A DNA stretch of 63,958 nt, filler included, from Licmophora abbreviata (lineage: Eukaryota), in the NCBI GenBank assembly GCA_900291995.1. It is 16 parts of 16 records of this genome, joined end to end, with 100 filler letters (N's around TTAATTAATTAA, not from the genome) between each part and the next. Parts side by side here need not be neighbours in the genome. Positions count along the whole stretch, not along the records: positions 36,074 to 40,734 come from OLMU01000419.1; positions 40,835 to 43,551 come from OLMU01000420.1; positions 43,652 to 55,574 come from OLMU01000422.1; 13 more parts are not named here. One strand, 5' to 3'. Below are positions 36,539 to 48,860 of this stretch, in pieces. The number at the start of each line of letters is the position of its first letter. Position 1 is the stretch's first letter. The position numbers were made by a program, and so were the translations under genes. The notes below the pieces were generated by a model. The model saw nothing but the letters and a program-made list of their open reading frames with translations, was not told the DNA's origin and did no database searches.

Positions 36539-37993
36539 ATGTCTCACTTCGTGCCAACAAGAACCATGGGATTTTGCGACGACTTCACGCGACAGAATAG
36601 CAATGTCTGGAAAGAGAATGCCTACTGGAGATCCCTCTGTCCAGAGATGACCTTGTCGGAGAATGATCCCCCTGTTCCATCCTCGAAATTAGCTTCAACG
36701 TCCTCAGATCACGACGACGACGGCATACGGCGACGGACTCGCCTCGTACAAGACGGATATGCACTTGTCGATGATGTAAGGGAAGCACAGGCGAAGCAAT
36801 ATAGAGATCTTATAGAGAAGATTCGAAATGCTGTCACAAAGCTACACTCCCAGCAGTTTCCAGCGACCTTTGTCCTTCTCTATGATGAAACATGGGAGCT
36901 GGCCCGTATCGCACAAAGGATCCTTGAAAACGCGACGCATCCATCGAACGCATTCAATTTCGATTTACTAGCATGGTTCATTGATCCTCGCGAGGGCGAT
37001 TCTGGTTTCAGTCCACACAGAGATCGACAGCCTGAAAATGCGGCCGCTAGTTTTCATTGTCCAGACGAGCAAGCGAAATATGTCACCCTATGGTTGGCAC
37101 TGTCCGATGCCACCCCGGAGAACAGTTGTCTCTATGTTATTCCTAAGCCCTTTGACCCCGGATATACAAAAGGTGACGACAGCATTGACCAAGGTGAAAG
37201 CTGTACTGACGGCTTGCCAGCTACCATATCAGCATGTTCAGAAAAGGTCATGGATCCCATGAGACGAGCGTTGCCAACCAAGACATCGTATCAATGCATT
37301 CGCGCGCTACCAAGACAAGCAGGCCAAGCAGTACTCTTTACTCATCGAATCTTGCATTGGGGATCACGAGGGAATCCAAATGCATCCAATTTACAGCCAC
37401 GGATTGCCATTTCGTTCGTGTGCAGCGATCCGACCTTTGAACGACCCTACATTGACCCCAAGTACTTGAGTGAAGATTCGATGCCTCCTTTTCGAATGCG
37501 TTTGTTGCTGGTTTGTGCGCAGCTGCTGATTTACTATCAGCGATTCAATCTACCTAGCGAATGCATTCGCGCTTGCTATGAAGTCTGCAAAGAGTCAGAG
37601 AGTGAACTCGATGAGTCCTATCGAAAGAAAGTCATGGTGGAGTTTGTAAAGGCGATGAAAGAGTCCTGTGACGAGCGACAGGCGGGTATAAGTCTCAGTC
37701 CCTCACGTATGCTCAGCAAGAACCTTACTGCGACGAACGAATTCGAGGACGAAGAGGATGTCATGCTGGAAGAAATGCTTGACGCCGAGGCTGGGGGCTA
37801 CGGCGAAGTTTTTGAAGATGATTTCGACGAGGAAGTTGCGGGCGATGTAGGTCTCGATGAGACTGAAAGCCCGGATGATGACGATCATTTTGAAGAATTC
37901 GCTGACGAGAGTGAAGACTTTTCCTTATTCGACAAGCGACGACACTCAGATTATGTAGTGTCAGAAAGTCGTAAACGGCCTCGGACTCTGTGA
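36539..37993 (+). CDS. PhyH-family Fe(II)/2-oxoglutarate dioxygenase with acidic tail
   Basis: PHRD (HxD), VTLWLALSDATPENSCLYVIP, LFTHRILHWGS. Confidence 0.85.
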   Translation: MSHFVPTRTMGFCDDFTRQNSNVWKENAYWRSLCPEMTLSENDPPVPSSKLASTSSDHDDDGIRRRTRLVQDGYALVDDVREAQAKQYRDLIEKIRNAVTKLHSQQFPATFVLLYDETWELARIAQRILENATHPSNAFNFDLLAWFIDPREGDSGFSPHRDRQPENAAASFHCPDEQAKYVTLWLALSDATPENSCLYVIPKPFDPGYTKGDDSIDQGESCTDGLPATISACSEKVMDPMRRALPTKTSYQCIRALPRQAGQAVLFTHRILHWGSRGNPNASNLQPRIAISFVCSDPTFERPYIDPKYLSEDSMPPFRMRLLLVCAQLLIYYQRFNLPSECIRACYEVCKESESELDESYRKKVMVEFVKAMKESCDERQAGISLSPSRMLSKNLTATNEFEDEEDVMLEEMLDAEAGGYGEVFEDDFDEEVAGDVGLDETESPDDDDHFEEFADESEDFSLFDKRRHSDYVVSESRKRPRTL

Positions 37994-38239
37994 GACTAGT
38001 ATTGACCAACACTCGTATGTTGGTGTCGCATTTGTGCCATTCTAGGGTAGCAGCAGCTCACGGTCCTGGTGAAATGGAAATTGAGTCGCCCGCTGACCTA
38101 GTAGTTGACGACAAGAGTTCCTACTCCATTCATTAGTCATCGTCATTGAGACGAAAGCTCATCTACGCTGTAGGAAACATTTCACTGCGCGGCGCACCGC
38201 GCGGCATCTCTTACTGCTTTGATGTGATGTACGAGTGTC

Positions 38240-39682
38240 ATGACGGTGGCCACATCACAGTCGACTAACGATGATACGCTCACCATGACTGCACACGAGG
38301 AGCAATCGCTTCGGGGAATAATCGAAGAAAAGCCTCGGAGCGTGAAAGCAATGGCGAGACTGTCGTGTCTTTTGGCGCATCGAGCCAATAAGGGAATAGA
38401 CTCATCGGAAGCCTGCAACGATCGACTCGAAGCCATTCAGTGGGCGCGCAAAGCCATTGCTGTGAATCCTGACCTTCCTGGAGGCTACGCGGCTTTGTCC
38501 ATTGCGTCAGTTGACTATGAGGAGAGAATAAGCGCGTTAGAAAAGTCAATCGAACGGTCTTCTACGGCCGAACGAGGACCGCGGTACATGACGCCGGCGG
38601 CCTCCGCGGGAGCGCATGTCCGCCTGCTAGTCGACCCAAGAGACTACGAAGGAAAGCAACTACGAAAGACCCGCGCTTTGTCGACAATAGATCCCAGCCA
38701 TCCATCAAGACGACGATTGAACGAGACAGAATCTGATCATTATGGCCGGGTTGTCGAGGCCCTCCAGGTTGCATATGGATGCAATGATCAGTCGGAATAC
38801 GTGGCCAAGCTCGACTATCGCTTGGGGCTATTTTTTCGAAAGATGAATCCGATTGGCGAATATAGACCGATAGCGGTGGCGCACTTTCGAAGAGCTATTT
38901 TGCAAGCACGAGAAAAAAGCGAAATGGTGGGTTCATCACGGTTTTGGCTGGCTACCCTGGAGGACCACTTGGGTGACGGCACAAGCATGTCCAACATTGA
39001 TCGCTGTCCTGCACACCATGTCGTCTCTCTGTATTCTACTTTTGTTGAGCGATATGACGACCTTATGGTTGAGAAGCTTAGGTACAAAACACCGATGCAG
39101 CTGAGGCGTCTCGTCGACAAGGCTGTGGGACATGCCGTTGTGAAGACTGCATGGGCGAAACGAGCTGTCGATCTCGGTTGTGGAACAGGACTGTCGGGTG
39201 AGGCATTCCGAGACATTGTAGAGCACTTGAAAGGTGTCGATCTTTCACCGCACATGGTGGAACGAGCTCAGCGACGAAACTGCTATGACGATCTACATGT
39301 AGGCGAGCTGAGCGTCGTGCTCGCTGATCCAACGAACCCGTTCGACTTGATCTTTTCCTGTGACGTGTTTGTGTACATTGGCAATCTTGCAGAGACATTC
39401 TCACGAGTCAAGATGGCTTTGCGCCCAGATGGACTTTTTGCGTTTTCTACGGAGTTTCTTGAAGAGAGCATGGCTGGCTCAAAGCCGTACGTTTTGCGTC
39501 CGTGTGCCAGGTTCGCTCACAAGAAGAGCTATGTCGAGAAGCTACTGTTGCAAGCGAATATGAGCGTTGCGGAGTGTTATGTGTCACCGATTCGAAAGAA
39601 TGGAGGAGAGGATGTCGCCGGCATGCTTGTCGTTGCAAAACACACACCCACCGACCGTATTACTAATTGTTCGACGAGGTGA
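38240..39682 (+). CDS. TPR-like region plus SAM-dependent methyltransferase (COG4976-like)
   Basis: LYSTFVERYDDLMVEKLRYKTP, VDLGCGTGLSG, GVDLSPHM, DVFVYIGNL, GLFAFSTE, RFAHKKSYV. Confidence 0.85.
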   Translation: MTVATSQSTNDDTLTMTAHEEQSLRGIIEEKPRSVKAMARLSCLLAHRANKGIDSSEACNDRLEAIQWARKAIAVNPDLPGGYAALSIASVDYEERISALEKSIERSSTAERGPRYMTPAASAGAHVRLLVDPRDYEGKQLRKTRALSTIDPSHPSRRRLNETESDHYGRVVEALQVAYGCNDQSEYVAKLDYRLGLFFRKMNPIGEYRPIAVAHFRRAILQAREKSEMVGSSRFWLATLEDHLGDGTSMSNIDRCPAHHVVSLYSTFVERYDDLMVEKLRYKTPMQLRRLVDKAVGHAVVKTAWAKRAVDLGCGTGLSGEAFRDIVEHLKGVDLSPHMVERAQRRNCYDDLHVGELSVVLADPTNPFDLIFSCDVFVYIGNLAETFSRVKMALRPDGLFAFSTEFLEESMAGSKPYVLRPCARFAHKKSYVEKLLLQANMSVAECYVSPIRKNGGEDVAGMLVVAKHTPTDRITNCSTR

Positions 39683-39957
39683 CATCGACAGCCCATCACT
39701 ACGGCACGCTCACTGGAGGACTCTAAATTTCGTGGCTCCTTAGGGGTGGCCTTTAGTTTTCCAATTCTAAAAATCTACTCTCTCAAGAGCTTTGATCTCT
39801 CTAGCTTGTATGAATTTGGTTCACGCTAGAATAAGCAAGACTAGAGTACCACGTAGTGCTACTTTTCCCTCCGTTATTGATTCCAAAACACATCGAAGAA
39901 AGGCAAAAACAGATAATCACTGATTATAATTTTGAAAACCCCTTGTGACCCAGCGCA

Positions 39958-40043
39958 CTCGAGATAGCTCAGTTGGTAGTAGCGTTTGACTGTAGAGGCT
40001 TACTGACATCAAACGGTCGCTGGTTCGATTCCGGCTCTCGAGA
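39958..40043 (+). tRNA. trnY-GUA: tRNA-Tyr(GTA) with a 12-nt intron (39996-40007)
   Basis: Acceptor stem CTCGAGA/TCTCGAG plus discriminator A; D arm GCTCAGTTGGTAGTAGC; anticodon stem TTTGA/TCAAA around CTGTAG; T arm GCTGG-TTCGATT-CCGGC; T-run just downstream. Confidence 0.95.
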
Positions 40044-40373
40044 TTGCTTTTTGCACTGGTACTTCTTTTAGGGTCGGCACAGATTCGATCAGCAGCTCCT
40101 GTTGTTTTCTCTTGTTTTATGTCTCCTTCTATTCATCAGCAGCTACTTATGTCAAATTGGTAGGAGGAACTGCTTCTCGACGAAGGCTACTTACCCATCA
40201 TCGTACTGGTATAGTACAAACAGCTCTTGTTTCGAAAAAGCGCGCGCTAAGAAGAGTCGAGTCAGTCGAAAACGACAAACTCGACTCGAAATTTTCAACG
40301 CACAACCTCAAATGCAAGATGATAGACACACTGTTCGTCGTCGTTTCTCCGTAGATTCTTCTTGTCGTGAACC

Positions 40374-42264
40374 ATGTCATCAAGCACACATCAGGTAGAA
40401 AAAAGCGCATCTGGAGTGAGCACTGGACTGAAGAAGGAGGAAAGCAAGATGACGCCGCCACGATCGGTTCGATTCTCACCAGGCACCAAGATTTCCAGCT
40501 CGACGCAAAGAAACCCAGTCCCTCGCAAGAATCCAGCCAAGTTTGGCAAGGCCAATCCAATCCGTGATTTGGGAGTACTCGTGGGTTTCCTTGGGTTTCT
40601 ATTGCTGATTGCGTATGGTACACGTAATGTCGGAAAACCCCGTGACGACGCACACGACATTAAAGAACTGAAGGAGGCCCTGCAGAAAAGAATAATCAAG
40701 AAAGCACAAGAGGAGAAACGACGAAAGCGAAAAANNNNNNNNNNNNNNNNNNNNNNNNNNNNNNNNNNNNNNNNNNNNTTAATTAATTAANNNNNNNNNN
40801 NNNNNNNNNNNNNNNNNNNNNNNNNNNNNNNNNNTGCCTGGAGCAGGGTTTGGACTGTTTGCGGGAAAGAAAATGGCCAAGGGCGACAATGTGGTAAGAG
40901 TAACGAGAATGGAACCTGACGCATTGATGATCGGCCACGTCGCAGACCCTGCTTTGTCGCGTGCAGCTAATGATTTCCTGTGCGTATACTTTCTCCCTAT
41001 CACAAGCTTCATGCCGATGTAAACTTTCCCGTGGGTGATCAGCTTGTTTCTCAGTACGGGCTTCTTCTGAAACACCATCCGCGATTGGCAAATCTGGAGA
41101 AGTTGCGGGGAGAGACTGACGATCGAGTTGAGGAATCGGTATTCATAGCGTCTAGAGCCATCGAACCTGGTGAAGAACTGTTCTTAGACATCAACGATCA
41201 TCCCCAGAAAAACTTTAGTGCATCTCACCCCATTTTCGCGCACATTCCGCTCCCTCAAGACTATGAGATTGCGAATGACATTGTTCAAGATATGATTCGC
41301 CATCAGAATCAGTACCGTGGATCAAAACAAAGAACAGGTGGTTCTGGAGCGAGTAAGTCACTATGATTTTTTCAATTTTTTGTCAAACTCGAACTGCCTT
41401 CTAATCTGTGCTCCATCATTGTGTAGGTACGACCTTGCAGATGGCCCGAAAAGCGGTGACAAGGGTGAACCGAAAGGTAGGATCCCTGCTCCCGACAACT
41501 GGAACAGCGCTTAAAGAGATAGATGCACTGGCGGAAACAATATCACTCGCCGGCCTAAAGAATCGAACAATTTTTAGGTTGGAAGTGGACGGACACTGTC
41601 TTGATGATGTCGAGGTAAAGCTTCAGGCAGCAGGCAGCCCTGACGATGTTGCTCTCGTCGCCAAACGGCCCATCAAGCGAGGTGAAAGTATTGTTGTGTC
41701 TCCGATATACGCCACGCGAATCGATCAGACGTGCACTATTGGCGCGAATAACTGTTCGGAGCGTGCTCATCGGTGCCTTGGTCACAACGAATCCACCGTT
41801 CTTCTGTGTCCGTTGTCGACTGCTGCCTTCTTATTGAAACCGATACCCGGCGACTCAGATCCGTCGCCGATTGTAGAGTTTCGGTGGAGCTCGTGGAATA
41901 AAGCGGTCGACAAGGCCAAGGCTCTACCTCCAAGCGCTGTCATTCAGGTAGGTTGGTTCCATTCTCATTCATGGTTCTAGGCACAACGAACAAATTGCGA
42001 CTTCTCACTTTCCACCTTTCTGGACCAATAAGGACTTTGCCCTCAGCCTCACATTGGACGTCGTTGCACTCCGGGATATCAAGACGGGGGAGAAGGTAAG
42101 GAAAATGCAGAACGGACCAGTTCTTGTTTGACTATGATGATAGCTGACACTTTTTTCGTCTCCACTCTTCTCCGCAGATTACGACGCGAGATGGGCCTGG
42201 CGCCGTTGCAGATTCAATTTTCCCGATCGCATGGAAAGATGCTGGGAGAGTCGAAGTATACTAA
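40374..42264 (+). CDS. Type II membrane protein with two SET-domain-like regions (multi-exon, crosses the gap at 40735)
   Basis: TM LGVLVGFLGFLLLIAYG; PGAGFGLFAGKKMAKGD; FIASRAIEPGEELFLD; LVAKRPIKRGE; LDVVALRDIKTGEK|IT; stop at 42262-42264. Confidence 0.7.
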
Positions 42265-42268
42265 TAGA

Positions 42269-43551
42269 TTATTTTTTGTCTGCTAGCTTTGTCTCTTCGG
42301 TCGCGAGGAGCCGCTCTAGCTGATTAACCAACTCAGTTGCATTCAATCGATCAAATGGATCAAGTTCGTACGATAAATCGATAAGCGTCGCCAACGCAGC
42401 ATCAACTGAGTTTGGCACGAGGTATATTTCGTGAATTGCTGGTTTGCGTCCCTGCTTGGCCATGTCCTTTACTTGAGATCCACTGTAGTCTTTCCATGGC
42501 TCCTCTCCTGTCAGTATGCTATACATGATATGCGAAACGCTGTACACGTCGATCTGCTCCGTGAGCTGACCAATCTCGTATTCTTCTGGAGCGCGGTTCC
42601 TTCCGGGGGCCGTGGGGATGCGGACTGTACAGGGTCGCCCTGTCTTGGTATCGTGTGGCATGAATCGACAGCGGTTGAAGTCGTTGAGTTTCACAATTCC
42701 AGAAGGATCTACAAGAAATTGCTTGCTCTGCACGTCCGCGTGGATGATAGGTCCTCCTGGAAAGTTGTGCATGGCCTCAATGCCGCGGGTCACGTCAAGC
42801 GACAGGCGCAGTCGTCCCAAAGATGTCTTCCTGCTGCGTCCTAGTTCTATCAGACTTTCGTCGTTCAGTTCGTCAAACAGGATCTTGTCAAGACTCAGAT
42901 CAATGTATTCGCTTACCACGGTGTTTCCACAGAAGCCGTAGATTGAGACAACGTATGGAGACGCAGAGAGGCGCTCCATTGTAAGCGCATCTCGTCGATG
43001 TCGATCCAAATTGCGCGAGTCGACGTCATGCTCTCCCCTCATGAGTTTCAGTACTGCATAACCATCACTTCCTTCTTGAGAGGGTATCTTCCAAACGTCT
43101 CGCCATAGGCCACTTCCAATGTAACGTGCTTGCTTTGTCCCACCGTTTGACAGCAGACCCAGGTCCTCCCTCATGTCGATTTCATGAATACTATTGCAGG
43201 TCGGAAAAGAATATGATTGCCAGTCCCTGAGTTCGCATCCACGCTGTAAGTGTTCGATTCCTTGCTTCCGACGGCCCCTGCCTTTCCCCATCAGGCTAAA
43301 GAATCCCTCCTTGGCATCCTTTGTTATTTCGAGCGCAGCGTTCCCCAGGGCACTTCGGGAGTCGCGATGCTTTTGAAGACCTTGCAGCTGTTTGTCATTC
43401 AAAACTTCGCCGTGCCGTATCTTGTGCCGTAAACGCGCTGAGTTCATTTCAAGGTCGTCCATGACGACCTGCCCTATAGTCCCAGTACTAATGTGACTGA
43501 TTCGTGTGACGAGCCAAAACAGAAAGCTGCAAAGCAATATCAAGGAAGACC
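42269..43551 (-). CDS. Membrane-anchored atypical kinase (PKDCC/POMK-like), paralog of 51142-52646; 5' end in gap
   Basis: N-terminal TM; C..DWQSYSFPTCNSIHE; IGSGLWRDVW, AVLK, IIHADVQSKQFLV, KLNDFN, RAPEEY, DVYS. Confidence 0.8.
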
Positions 43552-43651
43552 NNNNNNNNNNNNNNNNNNNNNNNNNNNNNNNNNNNNNNNNNNNNTTAAT
43601 TAATTAANNNNNNNNNNNNNNNNNNNNNNNNNNNNNNNNNNNNNNNNNNNN

Positions 43652-45324
43652 GTAGTGATACCAGCTGCTCTTGTGGTTGGCGTCACTGTCGATACCCGCA
43701 ACGCTGAGCGGAGTATGACCTCGCTGACGCCCCATGTGCCGATGATCGGTCCGTCCGTCTCCGTGATCTCTAGCATTCTCCATCTCCTTGAGCTCATGAA
43801 AAGCGACATTGTGCATACAATTGACGGGGCAAACAGATACCGCCAATGGAACATCTGGGGAACGACTCTGTTCAAACATTCTGGCCCTTCCGCTTTCAAG
43901 CAGAACGAAAGATGACGGGGCAACCGATACACACTGTGCGCAAGAGCAGATGGTTGAGTTAGTGTGCACCTAGCAAACGCAGAAATTCGGCATCGCGAAG
44001 AAACTCACCTGGGCGCACCCAATGCAAGATTCCTCGTCGATAAACACTGTCACGTCACATGAGGTTTAACAAGTGGGTAAGGACCAGCGAACACGAGTTA
44101 TTCGATTGTCAATGAACACATCATGTACGTACCGAATTCGCCATCCCGCATCCGAAGGGATGTCTTGGCATCCGATGCTAGTTCAACAAGCTCGTGACTG
44201 CTTTTTCTCTCCTCTTCTTCAAGGTTCATAGCCTTTTCCCATTCGAGAATCTCGCATTCGTCGAGAAGGGAGTCGAGATGCTGAGTCTTTAAAAGTGCCT
44301 CTTGGGCACTCGCAGAACCATGTTTCTCTCTCAATTCGGCAGCGACCTGTTCTCGCTCAAACTCAACAGGTAGGACAATTCCGTGTTGACGGATGTCACG
44401 AAAGATAGTTTCCACTGTCGGAAGCTTCTCCTTGCCACGAGTCTTTGCTGCAATGGGTAAGTTCATGCTCGTTTCGAGGGCGCGCAAGTAGAGCTCTTGG
44501 AACTCTTCTTCCGACAGATGACCACTGCCATGAGTCCCGTAGGTTGCTATCGATGACAGAACACGCTTATCATGCAAACTAACAACTTGATTCTCTTCTT
44601 CCCAGAGGCACTTGGTCATCCAATTTGCCAAGCTCGAGGCGTCTAATACAGCTTGGCCGCTAGCTTCGTGGTACTTGGCATGACTGTGAAACATACTCGA
44701 AACGGCTTCACGAAAAAACACCGTTGGCATAATCGATCCATCATTACCCTTTTTCGCCAACTGGCTAGGATCATTCCGTTCCTCATCCGTCAGGGGCAGC
44801 TGGACCCGACCCTCGCCCACTAGCATGTCTTCCGGCATGGTGTTGCAATTGACCAGCATGCTTATCTCCTGACCCATTTCGTCCTCGAAGCTAACCCTCT
44901 GTGTATTAGACTCTAGCCCAGTATCATACAGGCGGGAGTCATCCGATGAAGTCGAAAGGAGCCCATGGTTCTGTATGTGATCGACAGCGTCCTTGAGCCA
45001 CTCGTCGTCGTCGTTGGATGATTTGTTCTGTTTCGTTTCACCCTCCATTCTAAGAGCAGCGCTGGCAGCTAGGTCCAGGTTGAACAAGTCCTCAGTGTCC
45101 GGAGTGGCATTTTCGGGATGCTCTAAAGACAGCGACGACCAGTCGTCTTCGATTGACCAAGAAGACTTGGTGACCTCCAGGGTCAGCAGCGAATGTTCTT
45201 TCGGAATGTTGGCACCAAACGCACGCGAGTCAAGGGAAACAACCCTGGATTTCGGAGCAAAGGAAGAGCCAATTTCAAAGATAGCGGCGGTACATAGGAC
45301 CATAAGTCCAATTTGATCCATCAT
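43652..45324 (-). CDS. Plastid-targeted protein with a degenerate EF-hand and a C-terminal Fe-S ferredoxin domain; 2 introns; 3' end in gap
   Basis: Signal peptide ending GSS-FAP; spliced VFIDEESCIGCAQ|CVSVAP..VSVCPVNCMH (CxxCxxC..CP); GSGHLSEEEFQELY. Confidence 0.8.
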
Positions 45325-45735
45325 GGTTTTGGAGAGTCGACTGATGTTCTTTGCCAATCGTTTTCGCATCGCCGTGGTCGAGAGCCAAAGCCATCACCAT
45401 GGTTTGATTCGATGCGCTTTCTGCTGGTCGAAACTAACTTGATTCTCCAGCGCAACGTTTCAGTCGGAATCGACTAAATCGCATGCTCGCTATGTGACCT
45501 CCAAAACGAGAGACCGCTTGATTTTATGTTCTGCCCGTCCGCATACGACAGCTGGGGTTCGCAAATTTGATGGCAGGTTCGCAAAAAACGTCACACCAAA
45601 GAACCGACGCCCAACCGGCTAGCTAACACGTTCTGATAGGTATTGCCGAAGCAATCGTGCCCATGTGGGTATGCGATGAGCGTGACACATTGTTTCTCTA
45701 ACCTACGACTCTAGCGTCATTGTTACTGTGTATGC

Positions 45736-48578
45736 CTAAAGCAGGTAATCCGACAGCGGCAAACCAACACTCGCCGCCACAGCTTCCGCCTCATCGCGGC
45801 TCAACGAGCACCAGAACTTGGTCGAGTTCACATTGACGGACGAATTGGTAAAGGAAGACCCTGTCGTCTCGTGAAGTATCCCACTTTCGCGGAGCTGCGC
45901 AAGGTTCTCAAAGAAAGGCGTCGATCCCATAGAACGGACGTAGTCTTGCATATCCAGACCATCCTCACACAGTGGCAACAAGTCATCGTTCTGGTTTAGT
46001 CCAACAATATTGACAAAGACTGACAACATACGCTCCATGGGAAATAAGCGAGGTCGGATCATCTTTAGCTGCTGCTGTTCCATCGTGGTGGTACCACCGT
46101 ACGCTGAATTGGCTTGCGAAAAGTGATGGAAGTTCTTCGTCTTCTTCTTGCTATTCTTTTGAATCGTGAAGAGCCGTTTGTCCTTGTCGGGCTTGTTGTG
46201 CTGACAGATAAAAGCAGATAGTAAAAGACACTTGCTAAGATAAGAAAGCTCGTGTACCTTGGAAGCTTCTTTTCTTGTCTTCAAATCGCTTGCAAGAGAA
46301 AACAGGTTAGCGTTGATGCAAGACTTCATGCGGGGAAGAAGTTTTTCGTCTAGGAAGACTCGAACTTCCTTTTGAAGTGCGGCATGGGAAGGTGGTGCCG
46401 AGTCATTCGGAGCAATATCCACAAGACGTTCGCGAACAGCCCGTAGAGTTTTGCTTGCGCGATCTGGATGAAGAGGTTCGATGTAGACCGTCCACATTTG
46501 TCGACCTATACGAATCATCTCGCGCAGGTCTCGTGTAATTCCAAGCAGTGACTGGATTAGTGTGTCGAGAAACGACGAAACAATCAGCTGTTTGGTAGTA
46601 GTCTGCTCGTGTCCTCTTTCGGGGGCAGTATACGAATCTCCGACAACGAGCGGGAGAACACTGGGATGTTTAAGAATCTGAGGACGGACGTCGAGAGGCA
46701 TGTCAGATGAGACAAAAGAAAGAGGGCATCAACCCTTTCCGAAGAATATATCTTACCTCCTTGAAAGTGTCTTTTCCTGCGTAGGCTGCGAAATGAACAC
46801 GGATTGGCCTCACAGCGATCGAAACGATACCCAACGCCTTTTCCACGGATACATCATTGTTGATGCGAGAGCAGTCCAGCATTGTGTTCGAGGTTATCAC
46901 GATAACCGTCAAGTTCAGGCCATACACTTTCGGGAGGAGCAAAAGCTGCGATAAGTAGTTGTTGTTCTCCATTGCCTTCTGAGAGCCGAGAGAATGCAGC
47001 CGCTCCGCATGATCGAGGACAAGAAAGGCGCATCCAGGGCGTTTCCCACCAGACAAATAATAAGCGTCGGCACCGAAGAATGGCAAGAGAGCCTTGCCAA
47101 ACGCGACCGTCGCCAGATTGGAAACTCCTGAGCCTCGATTCTTTTCAGGACCGACAGAGTGCTGGATCCCCCGACTCTTGATAAAACCTGATGTCGCCTC
47201 CTGTGGGACCGACTTTGCCTTTCGCGACAAACTCTTTCGCCTGCTTGACTCGCTCGTATCCTGATTGCTGAGCTCTTGGCCGAGCTGGGCGCGAGTCTGT
47301 TCAATCCTATCCTCCATCGCTTCCATTGCAGCCTCGTCCTCACCGTCAAAATCAGCATCAGCTGGCTCGTCAATCGCCTCCTCAACGGAAGATTCCCTAG
47401 TCGAGTCAACATTTCTGTCCCCGATCGCCTCCATAGCGGCAGCGTCCTCAGACTCGACGTTTGCACGCTCCTCCAGTCGGCTTTTCTTTTTCCGCGGAAG
47501 GATCTCGATTGAGCGAGTTAGTCGAATCAAGCTTCCTCTGTTTTGTAGAACTGTCACGAGAAGAGACTTTCGCTTTCTGCTTGCTACGTTTCCGCTTCTT
47601 TTTCTTCTTGCTCTGCCGGCGGGACAGGTCGTCATCCATGACTTTTGTGAGTTGGGAAAAGGCGCTCCTCACAATAGCGTCGAAGGAACACGGGTCAACC
47701 GTCGAGCAGTTGACATAGGCATGTTCGACAACGGGTTGCGCTGGGCTGTCCATGTCGAGAGCTGAAGTATATTGACGTTTTGTCGATTCTAAAGCATCCA
47801 GGACAATAGAGGTCTTTCCTGTCCCGCTTGGTCCAGTCACAAAAATGGGCGAGGGGACGTAGACATCCTGCGAGGCGACAGGGGCATCCGACACCGCTTG
47901 TGCCATTGACGATCCCATTAGACTGGTTAACAAGCGTATCTGTGTTTGTCGGAACGGGTAGCGGTCCTGCAACCGAGTAGGATCAGTCGATGCCAAATAG
48001 CGCATGCCACATGGATCTTCCCGACAGCTTGCAATCTCATTGCGGGATGTAGAGAACAGCATTCCGCTCTTCCTATTCGCAACTTCGCTTATGACGCTTT
48101 CCTCATCGCTGATCTGGGCTTCGAGCTCAGGTGAATCATTCTGTTTGGCAAATCCTAAAGATTCCCGAAACGCATTTCGCCTTGCAATGTTCCGGGCACG
48201 GCGTTCCATCAGCTCCTTCGCCATGCTCGCCATCTTCTTGGCGTGACCATCCAAGAGACCACAGGATGAATCGTCATCAGTATCCCCGCCTTCGGAGCTG
48301 AGAGAGTCCCCAGCGCTTGCTGCTGCGGGTTCATCGTCGGAGTTCTTCTCCTCGGCATCAGAACCAAGTTCGACATTAGTAGCCTCAAATCTGGGTTGCG
48401 TTAAGACATTCCCAATATCAACGTGCAGCGCTGCCGTTTCCTTTGACTCTTGACATGTAACTCCTAGGGCTTCCTCGCCTTCAGTTTCCTCTCTGGACCG
48501 TTGCGATGAAGGCCGCTCCTGCGTGAAAAAGTCTGGCACATGCATTGTCGCGCTGTCGCAACTATGATCGCTGTCCAT
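45736..48578 (-). CDS. ORC5: Origin recognition complex subunit 5; intron 46678-46756; apparent frameshift at about 47490
   Basis: RYPFRQTQIRLL, IFVTGPSGTGKT, AYVNC, LVLDHAERL; C-terminal LSKCLLLSAFICQHN..DKRLF, PRLFPMERMLSVF, VAASVGLPLSDYL. Confidence 0.88.
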
Positions 48579-48860
48579 ACTAATTTCGTCGGATAGGATA
48601 TTACTTCGTATGATGCTATGATCAGCAACGAGGACGGCGGGTCTCGGGAACTGGTGATAAGGTAGAGAAAGTGTTCAGTCAAGCTGCGGCAAGTTTCCAT
48701 CATCCTCGAAGGTAGTGCGCAGATATTTTCTGGTACAAAATTCAGGAGAGCGCGAGATCATGCGACATCATGGATGACGACGACGGTGAGAAAAGGGGCC
48801 GATTTAGTTGAATGGAGACATGACACAGTGTCCTGTTCGTTCTAGGAGAGTCTCAGCGCA

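Noticed and set aside
47505..47570. 64-nt intron as a fix for the ORC5 frameshift (CTAAC branch-like site present)
   Set aside because: Would need a weak gtctct donor and a GAG acceptor; a single-A error explains it more simply.
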